Positions 39,201 through 48,300 of a DNA stretch of 64,000 nucleotides are shown here, piece after piece. Source of the DNA: Botryllus schlosseri (lineage: Eukaryota); the NCBI GenBank assembly GCA_051294905.1, contig CM119372.1, forward strand, positions 4,216,001 through 4,280,000, written 5' to 3'. Each line of letters opens with the position of its first letter. Within the stretch, counting starts at the first letter, position 1. The position numbers and the translations under genes are program-made. A model generated the notes under the pieces. It searched no databases. It was not told the DNA's origin and saw only the letters and a program-made list of their open reading frames with translations.

Positions 39201-40004
39201 TTCCTCAGCAGAGACGAGCAGGAATTTTGTTATGGTTTCGTTCAAACTTTCGGCATTGACATCTCGAAGGTCATATGAGCATAGTTGGTCGTTCACAAGT
39301 CTCGAAAATGTAGGCCAGTCTGCTCTATTAAACATCCATCTTGGCGGTCTTGGTATTCTGCGAAGGATCCTGTCGTTGTAGGTGGTGAAGACGACAAGAT
39401 GATCGCTCCCAAGAAGTCGCTCTGATACCGTAGTCAGGCATTTTGCCGCAATATCTCTAGAGACCAGTGTTAAATCGATAAGGGACCAGCGATTCACTGC
39501 ATTAGTTGAGATGTTGAGTCTGGTAGGAGACCCTGAATTCAGTAACACCATGCTATGATGGTCCATAACATCATAAAGCAGCGTTCCGCGTTGGTTGTTC
39601 ATGTGGCTCCACGACGTATGGTGAGCGTTGAAATCACCGCATATAATGGCCCTTGACGATAAACTATCGAAAAACTGCAGGTCGCATCGATTCAACGTAC
39701 AGTCTGGGGGTATGTAGACATTACAGATGGTAATATTGCAAACCTTCACCGCGAGAACTTCGAGTTTGGATTGTTTTGTAAAAAGAAGACTTGATGAGAG
39801 AGTTTCAACGACGAAAATGCATAACCCACCCGAGTGAAGAGTTTTGTCTTGCCGATATATGGTATAGCCATGTATCCTAGGAGAGTACCTTTCAACAAGA
39901 TGCGTCTCCTGCAGAATTATAACGTCAGGTTTCGCTTCTAGCGTCGCGACATAGTGTTTGAGTTCATGCAATTTTCGATAGATACCGCGACAGTTCCATT
40001 GCAT
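36291..40004 (-). CDS. LINE ORF2: AP endonuclease - reverse transcriptase - RNase H - CCHC
   Basis: APE motifs QWNCRG, QETHL, GDFNAHH, SDH. RT motifs YRPISLTS, QSGFR, GLPQGCVISPILF, YADD, YLG. RNase H motifs YTDGSK, AEL, SDC, WIPGHSGISGNTQAD. C-terminal RLRTGH...CERC...ETVYHFVIVC. Confidence 0.96.
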   Translation of the reverse strand: MQWNCRGIYRKLHELKHYVATLEAKPDVIILQETHLVERYSPRIHGYTIYRQDKTLHSGGLCIFVVETLSSSLLFTKQSKLEVLAVKVCNITICNVYIPPDCTLNRCDLQFFDSLSSRAIICGDFNAHHTSWSHMNNQRGTLLYDVMDHHSMVLLNSGSPTRLNISTNAVNRWSLIDLTLVSRDIAAKCLTTVSERLLGSDHLVVFTTYNDRILRRIPRPPRWMFNRADWPTFSRLVNDQLCSYDLRDVNAESLNETITKFLLVSAEETIPRLKTPEKNPVPWWTATCQRAIRRKKAAFQKMKRTFSTADVVQFKKMRAECRKTILAAKRTCWEEFCASLNEHSGFKKVWNVVRSISGQTASRAITHIVDNNITISDDYEKANVFGKLFCDVSSSNHYTEAFQSHQMCDSMIQPIFSSSTADPINIPFSREEMMSAIASRGKSSPGGDSICYQMLKNLSQNSLTDLLALFNRSLNKSEIPESWKRSVVVPILKSGKLKSQPKSYRPISLTSHICKIMETMIVYRLKWYVESNNLLSPSQSGFRQRRSTLDHILRLHDTAYKAINNQRSVVSVFIDFQSAYDMVWRKGLLYKLSQMGIRGNMLLWIENFLTERVFQVRVGNSLSAEYTLENGLPQGCVISPILFSIMINDLPQIIKCDHAMYADDVAVWDSGLSIPSLADNVQISLNAIHDWCQKWGFIISESKTVAMIFSRKRKFPQVSLHLGGKSILVQNTVRYLGVTFDKTLSYKYHIDKIVDKCSKRLNLIRTLTGTAWGAGKRSLLMLYRALIRPVIEYGMVAYFFAPKCHLAKVQTIQNRALRLCCGAMRSSPICALQAACNEMPLSLRHIQLCLNLRCKLQTVPSMIPYHEQLIEGTWHEIYHLTNPNFRTFNIITQIPSLRAVKLHTKPTSLPAPWTAPCLNVDLELCETISKCSTPPVILSNSLDFIFEKYAGFLTMYTDGSKTENGVGYGLFIPAHSVQLSKALPSAYSSYSAELSAILHALKWITEHGSSHSRYIILSDCLGALKSISNVSRTQLPCSTNAILLNIFESLLQITNLRLHVTLAWIPGHSGISGNTQADELARTASLCPPPTDAATVSLPEAKALIRSLCVDLWQEQYRSSDTGSHYRQFRESILAPAPMLSNRLFDSIMFRLRTGHCKLKSHLFKIGCVPSPLCERCHVPETVYHFVIVCPEYQFYRRFLRDECTRLNLHFTLFHVLSNPALSPAVAEFVLSSGRYI

Positions 40005-40021
40005 CAGGTTCAGCGATTGGG

Positions 40022-41392
40022 TCAAGCTGAAGGCTGTTCTGATGCAGACAGAGCAGAGGACTGACAACGGTTGTTGCAAGTATCAGAGACTGATTTAAGG
40101 GTTGCACTCTCAACTGTGTACCCCAGGTATTTGGAGGAAACTTCCGCGACTAGGCTAAATACATTGCTATTCCCGTCTTTGCATGCTGTAACAGCAAGTT
40201 GTACGATTTCCGCAACAAGCGCTAGTAGGCGAATTGGATCGAGTTGTGCTATTGCTGCAGCTGTGCTATGGACTCGGACTGGGGGTTCTCGGGGTATGGG
40301 CTCATTATCGAAACGTTGGTTATTACGAGGCACGAAGTAGCGTAGGTCGGCGTCGTTGGGGGCTGGTGTCGTAATGCGCGATGTATTCCTTCTACCATGT
40401 CTAAGCGCTTGCGAGTACGCGAGGTCTCGGCTTGGAACGTTATTACTAGCGAGCTCTACATCTGGCGTAATCGGGCTAGGATTTTCGCGTAGTAGTAGGG
40501 TTTCTTTCGCCTCGGAGTAGGAAACCTGATTGCGTTCTTTAATTATTTGTATCCGCGCTTCTTCCTTGTATTTAGGGCAGCCTGCGTAAGCGGCACTATG
40601 CGGTTTGTTACAATTGAGACATTGTACTAAATTTTTACAGTCGCTGTGCTCATGATCTGATCCCCCACATTTGGTACAGCAATGTTTTCCACGGCATTTC
40701 GTCGCTGTATGGCCGAAACGGTTGCAGTTGTAGCATCTGGTCGGTGGCGGGTTGTACGGTCGGGTTGGGAATCGGAGATAGGCGAATGTTAGAAACCGGG
40801 GGACTGTAGTGCTAGTGAAATTCAAAAGAACTGATTGGCAAGGTTCAAAGCCTTCGTCTGTCTTCCTACGAAATCGTTTGACATAGGAAACCTTGTACTT
40901 TTGGAACCCGTCCAGCAACTCGTCATCTGATATCTCTATGGGCACGCCCCAGATCACAGCCCTAGATGTTGGGGGTTTGGGTAAGAAAACGGAGGCCTTA
41001 ATCGGGATGTTAGTCTTTGCGTGGGTGAGCGTATCGCATTCCAGGAGTTTCTTTACTTGCTTAGCGTTAACACAAGATATAAGCAGATCGCCAGAGTTAA
41101 GCATGCGAATGCTTTCCGAACTACCGACAAGGTGAAATATTGCACTGTTGACTGCGGTGGGGTGATATTGCCTTAACGGCCTATTTGTACCGGTCACCAA
41201 AACCTTTAAATTATTTCCATCGGAGCACAGCGCCCCACTAGCTACGTTTTCAGCACTGTTGGACGATGAAGGTGGCGCATAGTGTCTGGCAGGAATCTTA
41301 GCATCTGTACTGCAACTCTCATCGCTATCGCCAAGGTTCTCGTCTTCTGGTCGGACCCGCTTCCTTAGGGAAGTGTGATCCGACACCTCCAT
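40022..41392 (-). CDS. LINE ORF1 gag-like nucleic-acid-binding protein with three CCHC knuckles
   Basis: First ATG at 41392. Knuckles CYNCNRFGHTATKC, CTKCGGSDHEHSDC, CLNCNKPHSAAYAGC. Confidence 0.92.
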   Translation of the reverse strand: MEVSDHTSLRKRVRPEDENLGDSDESCSTDAKIPARHYAPPSSSNSAENVASGALCSDGNNLKVLVTGTNRPLRQYHPTAVNSAIFHLVGSSESIRMLNSGDLLISCVNAKQVKKLLECDTLTHAKTNIPIKASVFLPKPPTSRAVIWGVPIEISDDELLDGFQKYKVSYVKRFRRKTDEGFEPCQSVLLNFTSTTVPRFLTFAYLRFPTRPYNPPPTRCYNCNRFGHTATKCRGKHCCTKCGGSDHEHSDCKNLVQCLNCNKPHSAAYAGCPKYKEEARIQIIKERNQVSYSEAKETLLLRENPSPITPDVELASNNVPSRDLAYSQALRHGRRNTSRITTPAPNDADLRYFVPRNNQRFDNEPIPREPPVRVHSTAAAIAQLDPIRLLALVAEIVQLAVTACKDGNSNVFSLVAEVSSKYLGYTVESATLKSVSDTCNNRCQSSALSASEQPSA

Positions 41393-42119
41393 TTTAACAA
41401 CAAGGGAGCAATGTATCTGTCCCTTCACTTAATGCACTTATCTGGGTACAACAAGCTATAAGCAATTCCACGTAACGACTTTCTTCGGTATTCGAACGCT
41501 TTCGGCGACCAATTATCTACCTGTAGCAGAGACAATTACGAGCTCCGCACGCGGCGACGATCACTCGACGAATGATGGGCGATGGTTAGGCCACGCAGTT
41601 GAAAAAACACGTTTTTAAAACTTCACATGACTACAACGCCGTACTCTCTAACATGGGCGATGGGCAACGGGCATGGTTACCACAAAAGGAGTAATATTTT
41701 ATTAAAATAGTACAGACGGGCCCACAACAAGACATATCATGATCATAAACGTCATTTTATTTTGAACTATGAGCTGCGTACGATACCTGACGACGCTTTC
41801 CAGCAACTATAATGAATCGATATTGGGGCTATAGACAGACATGCTACTAGCTCAGGGCCGGGCAACATACGGCCCGCGACGGCATTTTGTCCGGCCCGCG
41901 GTCAGCTTCTCGTCTTACATGATAATGTGGCCCGCGGCCGATCAGACTGCCGAGATTCCCCACTACTTGCTTACTACGTCAAATTTTAGTGACTGTATGT
42001 TAATAGCCTATATTCGTGTGTGCGCACTTCGCAGCGTGCCAGAGTGGAGCTTACGGGTAAGTTCGTCGAAGCGAGAACACTTGCACTGTCAGCATTTACT
42101 GTGTACTTAACTCCAATGT

Positions 42120-42695
42120 TGTTTGTGGTAATCATGGTGTTTGTGGACTGCAATGGTCATTTACACCAGGCCGATATTTCTTATTTTTGATCCCGTAACC
42201 GGTTGCCCGACATATGAGCATGCGACACAGTGGAAAACGATAGTTCAGCATGGAACACATCAGCATGCGTCACTTCAGCATGTGACTGTATAAGCCTAAA
42301 ACTTACCCTAACCCGAAACATAGCCTAACCTAACCTAACCTAGCCTAACCTACAACCTAACCCTAACCCAACCATAAATACAACCCTAACCTACTACCCC
42401 TAACCCGTAGTTTAACCCACATGCTCATGTGTCGCATGCCAAATTGTCGCATGCCGAAGTCTCGCATGCTGTAATGTCGCATGCTCATATGTCCACGGAC
42501 CCCCGTAACCGCCAACTGGTAGCACGGCACAAGTACAGGCTTTTGTGAGACAAAAGTTATGTTATGCCGATGAAATGGCGAGGAGGAGCCTAGATAAACC
42601 TCCAACACTTAAGTAGAAATTCTAGTGTCGGACTCGAACCCACAACACATTGGGTATTGTAGCTGTGGATTATACCACTGCGCAAACTCGCCACC
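42120..42695 (-). mobile_element. tRNA-derived SINE interrupted by a MITE
   Basis: Head ggtggcgagtttgcgcagtggtataa...gggttcgagtccgac. Same body as 27050-27291. Confidence 0.72.
42201..42501. mobile_element. MULE-like MITE with (CCTAAC)n telomere-like core; relative at about 61690-61890
   Basis: 9-bp TSD CCCGTAACC. Perfect 18-bp inverted repeat gacatatgagcatgcgac at 42209-42226 and 42476-42493. Internal gcatg repeats. Confidence 0.75.
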
Positions 42696-44399
42696 CACCC
42701 AACGACCCAAGCCTATATGGATTGATATCTTGGTAAATTTGGGGTATCGGGCTTATCGAGCAACTTAATCTTAATTAAGGATTGCACCTTGTGTTGATTG
42801 ATCAGAGAGAAGCGGATATAGCGGTGCATGTATGACAGTGGTTCTCCAGCTGGGGGCATGAAAGCATCTGAAGGGGGCGCGAAGTCACAGTTAACTGAAA
42901 AAATTTTCGCGTTTCGCGCGATATACCACAACCTCATGCTGTTTACTGTATGTATTGTCTGAATTTCATATTTGAGAATTCTCTCATCAATAGCCATAAC
43001 CTTTAATGCCAATAAACTATCCGTTGGGATGGCTAGCATGGATGGCGCGGAATTTCTCACTATCAAAAAGGGGCGTGTTCAAAAAAGCTTGACCACATGA
43101 CAATGCTGTTCTCAAATCCACATTATCTTCGTCATTATCGGCGAGAAATTGCTTCGAAACAACATTGCTTCGTTAAAATACTATACGATTTATTCCATGT
43201 AAATGTATATGTGAACAAATGGGCAAATAATGTATCGATTCAGCAATCCGGCCCGCCAAGTACTTAATTTTCCTATATCCGGCCCGCTGACTCGAGAAGT
43301 TGCCCGCCCCTGTAACTAGCTGAAAGACTATCCCATCCTAATGTTTGATCTTGTCGGAACGTCTGATGCCGTTTTCTAAGCGTCTCAGTCACGGCAGTGT
43401 CTGGGCCATCGCACGCCAAGACAATATGCTTGCTTATGCTTAGCTAATGCTTAGTGATATCAGCTCACTCTCCATCGATGCAATGCCGTTGCCATCGCCG
43501 GAGCCTTTTCAGCTATAGTGGGGAATCGTATTGTTGGGCCCAGGCGAATAGCTTATTTTGAAACAACAATAATTTGAAACTGAAATCAATTTTAGCATTT
43601 CGAAATGCTTTACCTAGCGTCTTCCCAAATCACAAATCAGCACGCCGGGCGCGATTGCGGTGGCCCCTGGTATAGTACAAAACAAGCCAAGCTTGCTGTA
43701 CAGACGTTAACCATTCTCATAGTAATAGGATAGCACTGTGATTTAAACTGATTTTTGCTGCATTCATTTTCCATTCACAATTTCATTCAATTTCCAATTT
43801 TTTTTTGCGAATTCAGTATATCTAATCTAATTTAAGAGTAAATTGTGTAGCTGTAATTCCAATTAGAAAAAAGCTGTGTAGCTCTAATTCTAATCTAATT
43901 TGGAAAACTTGTGTAGATCTAATTCTAATCTAATTTGAAAAAAAAAACACGATGTAGCTCTAATTCTAATTGGGAAAAGATGAAAATTTTCTAGTTGTCC
44001 AAGTCTGTTTCGCGCCGGCTATCCGATAGTCGCCGAGCATGTCCACATCCAAGTCGAAGCAACTAGATGTCAGTCAGCCCCCAAAACATGACATGTCGAT
44101 CTCGCCTTCCGTTACATGCCACCTCCGCGCGGTCGGTTGTTCTTTTATGTGACCTTCTTTCACTTTTCATTCAGTGTGCGTGCCTCTTCTTTTCATCGCC
44201 TAGGCCCAGTTGGGTGTCTGATTTAAAGACTACTCCAAGTCGTTTCGACACCTTCCTATCTTTTCATTGGATTGCAATCTACCGGTGTTTTGATCTCACA
44301 TATTAAACTGAACCGATGATGATGTAATATTCCACATCTACCTACGCCTATGCGTAAGCGTCTAATAATCGGAATAACCAATCGCGATCACTACTAAAT

Positions 44400-44890
44400 C
44401 ACACCGACATTGAAGAATCATCTCAAACCATTTCATTGCGTGAAGAAATATCAGGACTTCGAAAAAGCATCAAGTCAAGCAAGAAGGAAATCACTGCCAT
44501 ATCGGTAAGAAAAGTCGACACGGCCACAGCGCTGATAATACTGACAACGTATCAAAGTGAAACAGGCAGATATAGTGACGCAACAAATCAACAAGCCACA
44601 ACGAAACGTCGGCAACCATTGCAGTTACAACAAACGTTGAAATATCGAAGAGACTCAAAGACAAACAAGTCTACAGAACAAAAAGATCGCAGTGATATAC
44701 GGTATTCTCTACAGATCAACGGTATAGTAGCATAAAAGCCGTCAGACTTCCAAAATTGAATACAAGAATCGCGAGGTGGCGTAGAAATGAAGAAATAAGC
44801 ATTACAAGAAAAGTTGAGAGAAGGGCCGACATCGACATATACACTATACGCGTATCATCAATACTCAGGTGGTCAGTAACGAAGCACTTT
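44400..44890 (+). mobile_element. Highly degenerate Penelope-like RT N-terminal fragment
   Basis: Frameshifted translation ...RRNEEISITRK...SSILRWSVTKHFPKL resembles the PLE pattern N.DI.IT..DKG...IL.D..KF. Upstream basic helical ORF 44436-44735. Confidence 0.45.
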
Positions 44891-45393
44891 CCGAAACTAG
44901 CCAACCCCGATTAACCGCTAAAGGTATACGATCCCCAATGAACCAAATCTGCTTTTTGAACTACAACTTCCATAACTTCCATTTTCTATTCCACTTGAAG
45001 TAGTTTTTAGCAGTTACTAGTTTTTAAGCGATGAAATCGCTACTTTTACTCGTGATCAAATTGAAATTTACGGCATGAAATTTTCTCGAGCAGAACGCTG
45101 ACAACTTTTACCATCTCATTACAAATTTTTTTTACAAAGGCAAGGTAATGTTTCAACCAAGAAAAATCGTGACGATCACGATACCACAGCACAATGTTAA
45201 GCGTTCGAAAGCGCGTATGACAAGGACTACAACACACATTATCTCCGTCGCTCTCTTTTCAACACACATGCGTAGTACTGCAGATAAATCGGCCATGACT
45301 CCATACAAGTCCCAGTAAAGGCGTCCCCGTTATGTGCGGAATACGTGCAGCCGATCAGTACGAGACGGCGACGGCATAAACGGACCCTCGCCG

Positions 45394-48300
45394 TCAATGC
45401 TTCAAGGGGTCGAAGGCGTCCAGCGTGAAACTGCCCTCGGAAACGGCCAGGCCTGTGCCGAACGCGCTCTAAACAGGAACGTAACGTTAACGACGGTGTG
45501 ACGAGAAGATATGTTTTTTACCACGGGACGCGCCATCAATACGTTAACGCACGCAACTAGATAATTATAACTGTTTTATTAGAGCGAATTGTCGCTAATC
45601 TAATTCGTGAAATGTTTCTATATACTGTAATTTGGATTGGATAAAGAATTGAAACAATGATTCGCTCGTAAGGCTTATATTTTCGATACTCGATGGAACC
45701 GTTACAATTGACACCAGAATCGTATGCGAGCACCAGAATCGTTGGTTGGGTTCCAGATTAACAAAATATATGAAGTGCATTGTGACAACATACGCAGTAG
45801 ATGTAGTATAATGATGAGGGTCAAGACCAGAGTCCTATCGGTATCGTATGTTTGAGCTGATAGCTAGCAGATAACCCCGATATCATCGGCCGAGATTCAA
45901 AAGATTTTAGCCTCAAAGCAAGGCTGATTTCTAAAAGTTCATACGATATCTGTCGACATAACCCAAGTTATCGTAGGCCCAGGTTCAGAGCGTGTAAGCT
46001 ACAAGAAATAGATCAATATTCCCGGTCTAACAGCCTCAGATCATAATACCGATTCCCTACTTCCACATTGTGACGTCACGAGAATTGCCGGGATTTTTTT
46101 TTACCTGATACTGATATTTATTTCAAAGCGTGATGTCGACTCAATATTTTCGGAAAACCGATAAAAAGTGACTTTCATACAGTAAGAATACCAAGAATTG
46201 GCTACAGTGCAAAGATAATGCCGCAAGTCAGACCCAGAAAGGCCGCACGCGTTTCACGCCAACTCACAACAGCAAGTTGCCTCGTCTTCTCCGCAGAATC
46301 GCCGCCACCCTTACTAGGGGGCTGTCTTTTGCAGCGACCGCGCGGAAAATATTTCCCCCTCCATCTCGTACCGGCCGCGCCGCGCCTCTGCTTTTTATTT
46401 TTACGCGTTGGCGGGCGGGTGATCGCGGGAGCGTTCTTTTGACCGCGAATTGGCGACAGAGGGCAGCGAGAGATTTCCGGGTTCTGCGAAAGAGAGTCGA
46501 AGAGAAGAGGGAAAGGAGAGAGAAGCAGAATTGAGAATACAGACAGGCTGGTCCAGACTTCGACAACTAGATAATTTTAATTGTCTGATTAGATTAATGA
46601 AAGCGATAAGCCGATAATCTAATTCTAATCTTATTTGTGAAATATTTCTATGCCTTAATTTTAATTTTACTCCTATTTCCGTTTCTTCTGAAAATGATGC
46701 AGGAGAACTGTATATTGCATATCGAGCCGAGCTTTCTGAACAGACATTTGCCATTCTTGTGCTTATGACAATCAACTCAGATTTAATATGAACTGAACGT
46801 GACAGAGTGTCCACGCTTTCGCGAATTCAGCAGTTATAATTTGGTTTAATTTGACAAAACAAAACTGTGCAGCAATAATTCTAATTCTGATCTAATTTCG
46901 AAAAGTTGTCCGAGTGAGGGCGGGTCACCGTAAGAACTAAAAAGGATATAAAACTGGGACCGTGTCAAACTCAACTTGCGTCGCGGGCCGGATCATTCAA
47001 ATGATTCAAATTCCATGCCCTTGTTTTTTGCTTGAATACTCAATTATGAAGCCTACACAATAATATATTACATTATATAACGGATCATAGGGTTTTACTC
47101 TAGCAACGCCTTTATTCGGCGACAATGAAATCAGCAAAATTAAGTTGTAAGTAACGGTACGGTAATATAACTGCTAAAATAGTAGCCTTATGGGCGATAT
47201 GCGTTAGCATATTGCTACGATTGCTTTGCTTTAGTCGTAATCTGGCAACAGTCATGTGTATGCGCTATGAGGAATACGCGAGATTCGGGTTTCACCGTAT
47301 GCCGAGGAGCGTTAGTCATTAGCGAAATAGGAGTGCGTCCACAGATATTTGAATTATATTTTTGTATGACAATTATATTCTCCATGTAACTTGCATACAG
47401 CGGTCTCTAAGTATGTCGTTTTCACTTCTGCGAATAACTACTTTTTGGTCCGTTTTGAATTGAGTGTAAATGGCGGCTCTTTCTTGCCGATGGTGACTAA
47501 GAGTGAAACTACAACACCACTGTCGGATGGTTGTAACGTAGCCTGTGAACCTACTCGACACTTGCCGTCTTGAGGGATTATTTGATGCTAGTATTTCGCA
47601 CAGAATTCCAACATTTGTCGGAAAGGTGCTGGATGATATAGCCGTTTTTCAGAATCGCTTTGCGGGCCGGATGAAATCCTCTGGCGAGCCGTATGTTTGA
47701 CATCCCTGATATAAAAGGATAATGCCACGAGCAGATTTGGACGACGCGAAATCTAATTAGCAAAATTCTAATCAAATTTCCGGTTGTCGCAAAAATGCTA
47801 CCGAAAAAACTGTGCAGTGCGAAACGAGCCGTCAGCGATGTACAGACATTTGTCATGTTCACGCTTACGAGAACGGGGATCCGAGTTGACACGAGGTGAC
47901 CTTGGTTTTGCCGTATTGCTTTTTAACCTGGATTTCAATTCGATTTCCAAGTCGTTTCATTTGCGAATCCAGAAATTCTGATTCTAATCGAATTAAAAAA
48001 GACATCGGTAGCTATAATTCTAATTCTAATTCGGAAAAGCTGGAAGGTTTCATGTTTTTTCCGCTCTGGCAGGAAGAAGGAGATGAGAAGATAATAACCA
48101 ATGAAACAGAATCCCAAATATGAAGTTACACACTCCATGGTAGTGACGTCGCAAAAGAGAATGCGTTGGGCGCCGTGTCAGATTTTGAGTGACTGCGATA
48201 GGATTATTATCAAAAGGTACATATTTGAATTTTCCCTATTATTCATGCTAGTGTGATGTCATTATGAGTGATACTCGACTTTCCCGGGAATCAAACCGAA

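Larger units (their letters stand above)
36147..41574 (-). mobile_element. Full-length I-group (I/Nimb/Loa-like) non-LTR retrotransposon with RNase H
   Basis: 5' end CATTCG at 41574. (TAA)n tail near 36147-36160. TSD ATGGGCGATGG(TTA) at 36133-36146 and 41575-41588. Two intact ORFs. Confidence 0.95.
41853..43312. mobile_element. hAT non-autonomous element hosting nested SINE and MITE
   Basis: TIRs cagggccgggcaac / gttgcccgcccctg. Degenerate TSD (actagc core). Confidence 0.78.

Noticed and set aside
36784-41135. Antisense or alternative-frame ORFs within the LINE and within the GULP large exon
   Set aside because: Shadows of the real coding frames.
42294-42412. Telomeric repeat or chromosome-fusion scar
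   Set aside because: Short, degenerate and enclosed by the IR and TSD of a MITE.
42640-42695. tRNA-like sequences here, at 27230-27291 and near 59190-59250
   Set aside because: A/B boxes are present but there is no full cloverleaf, and they are joined to repeat bodies: SINE heads, not tRNA genes.
46200-46540. GC-rich block with several overlapping 70-140 aa ORFs in the last GULP intron
   Set aside because: ORFs occur in many frames, as expected from GC content, and no domain was seen; it may be regulatory but there is no direct evidence.
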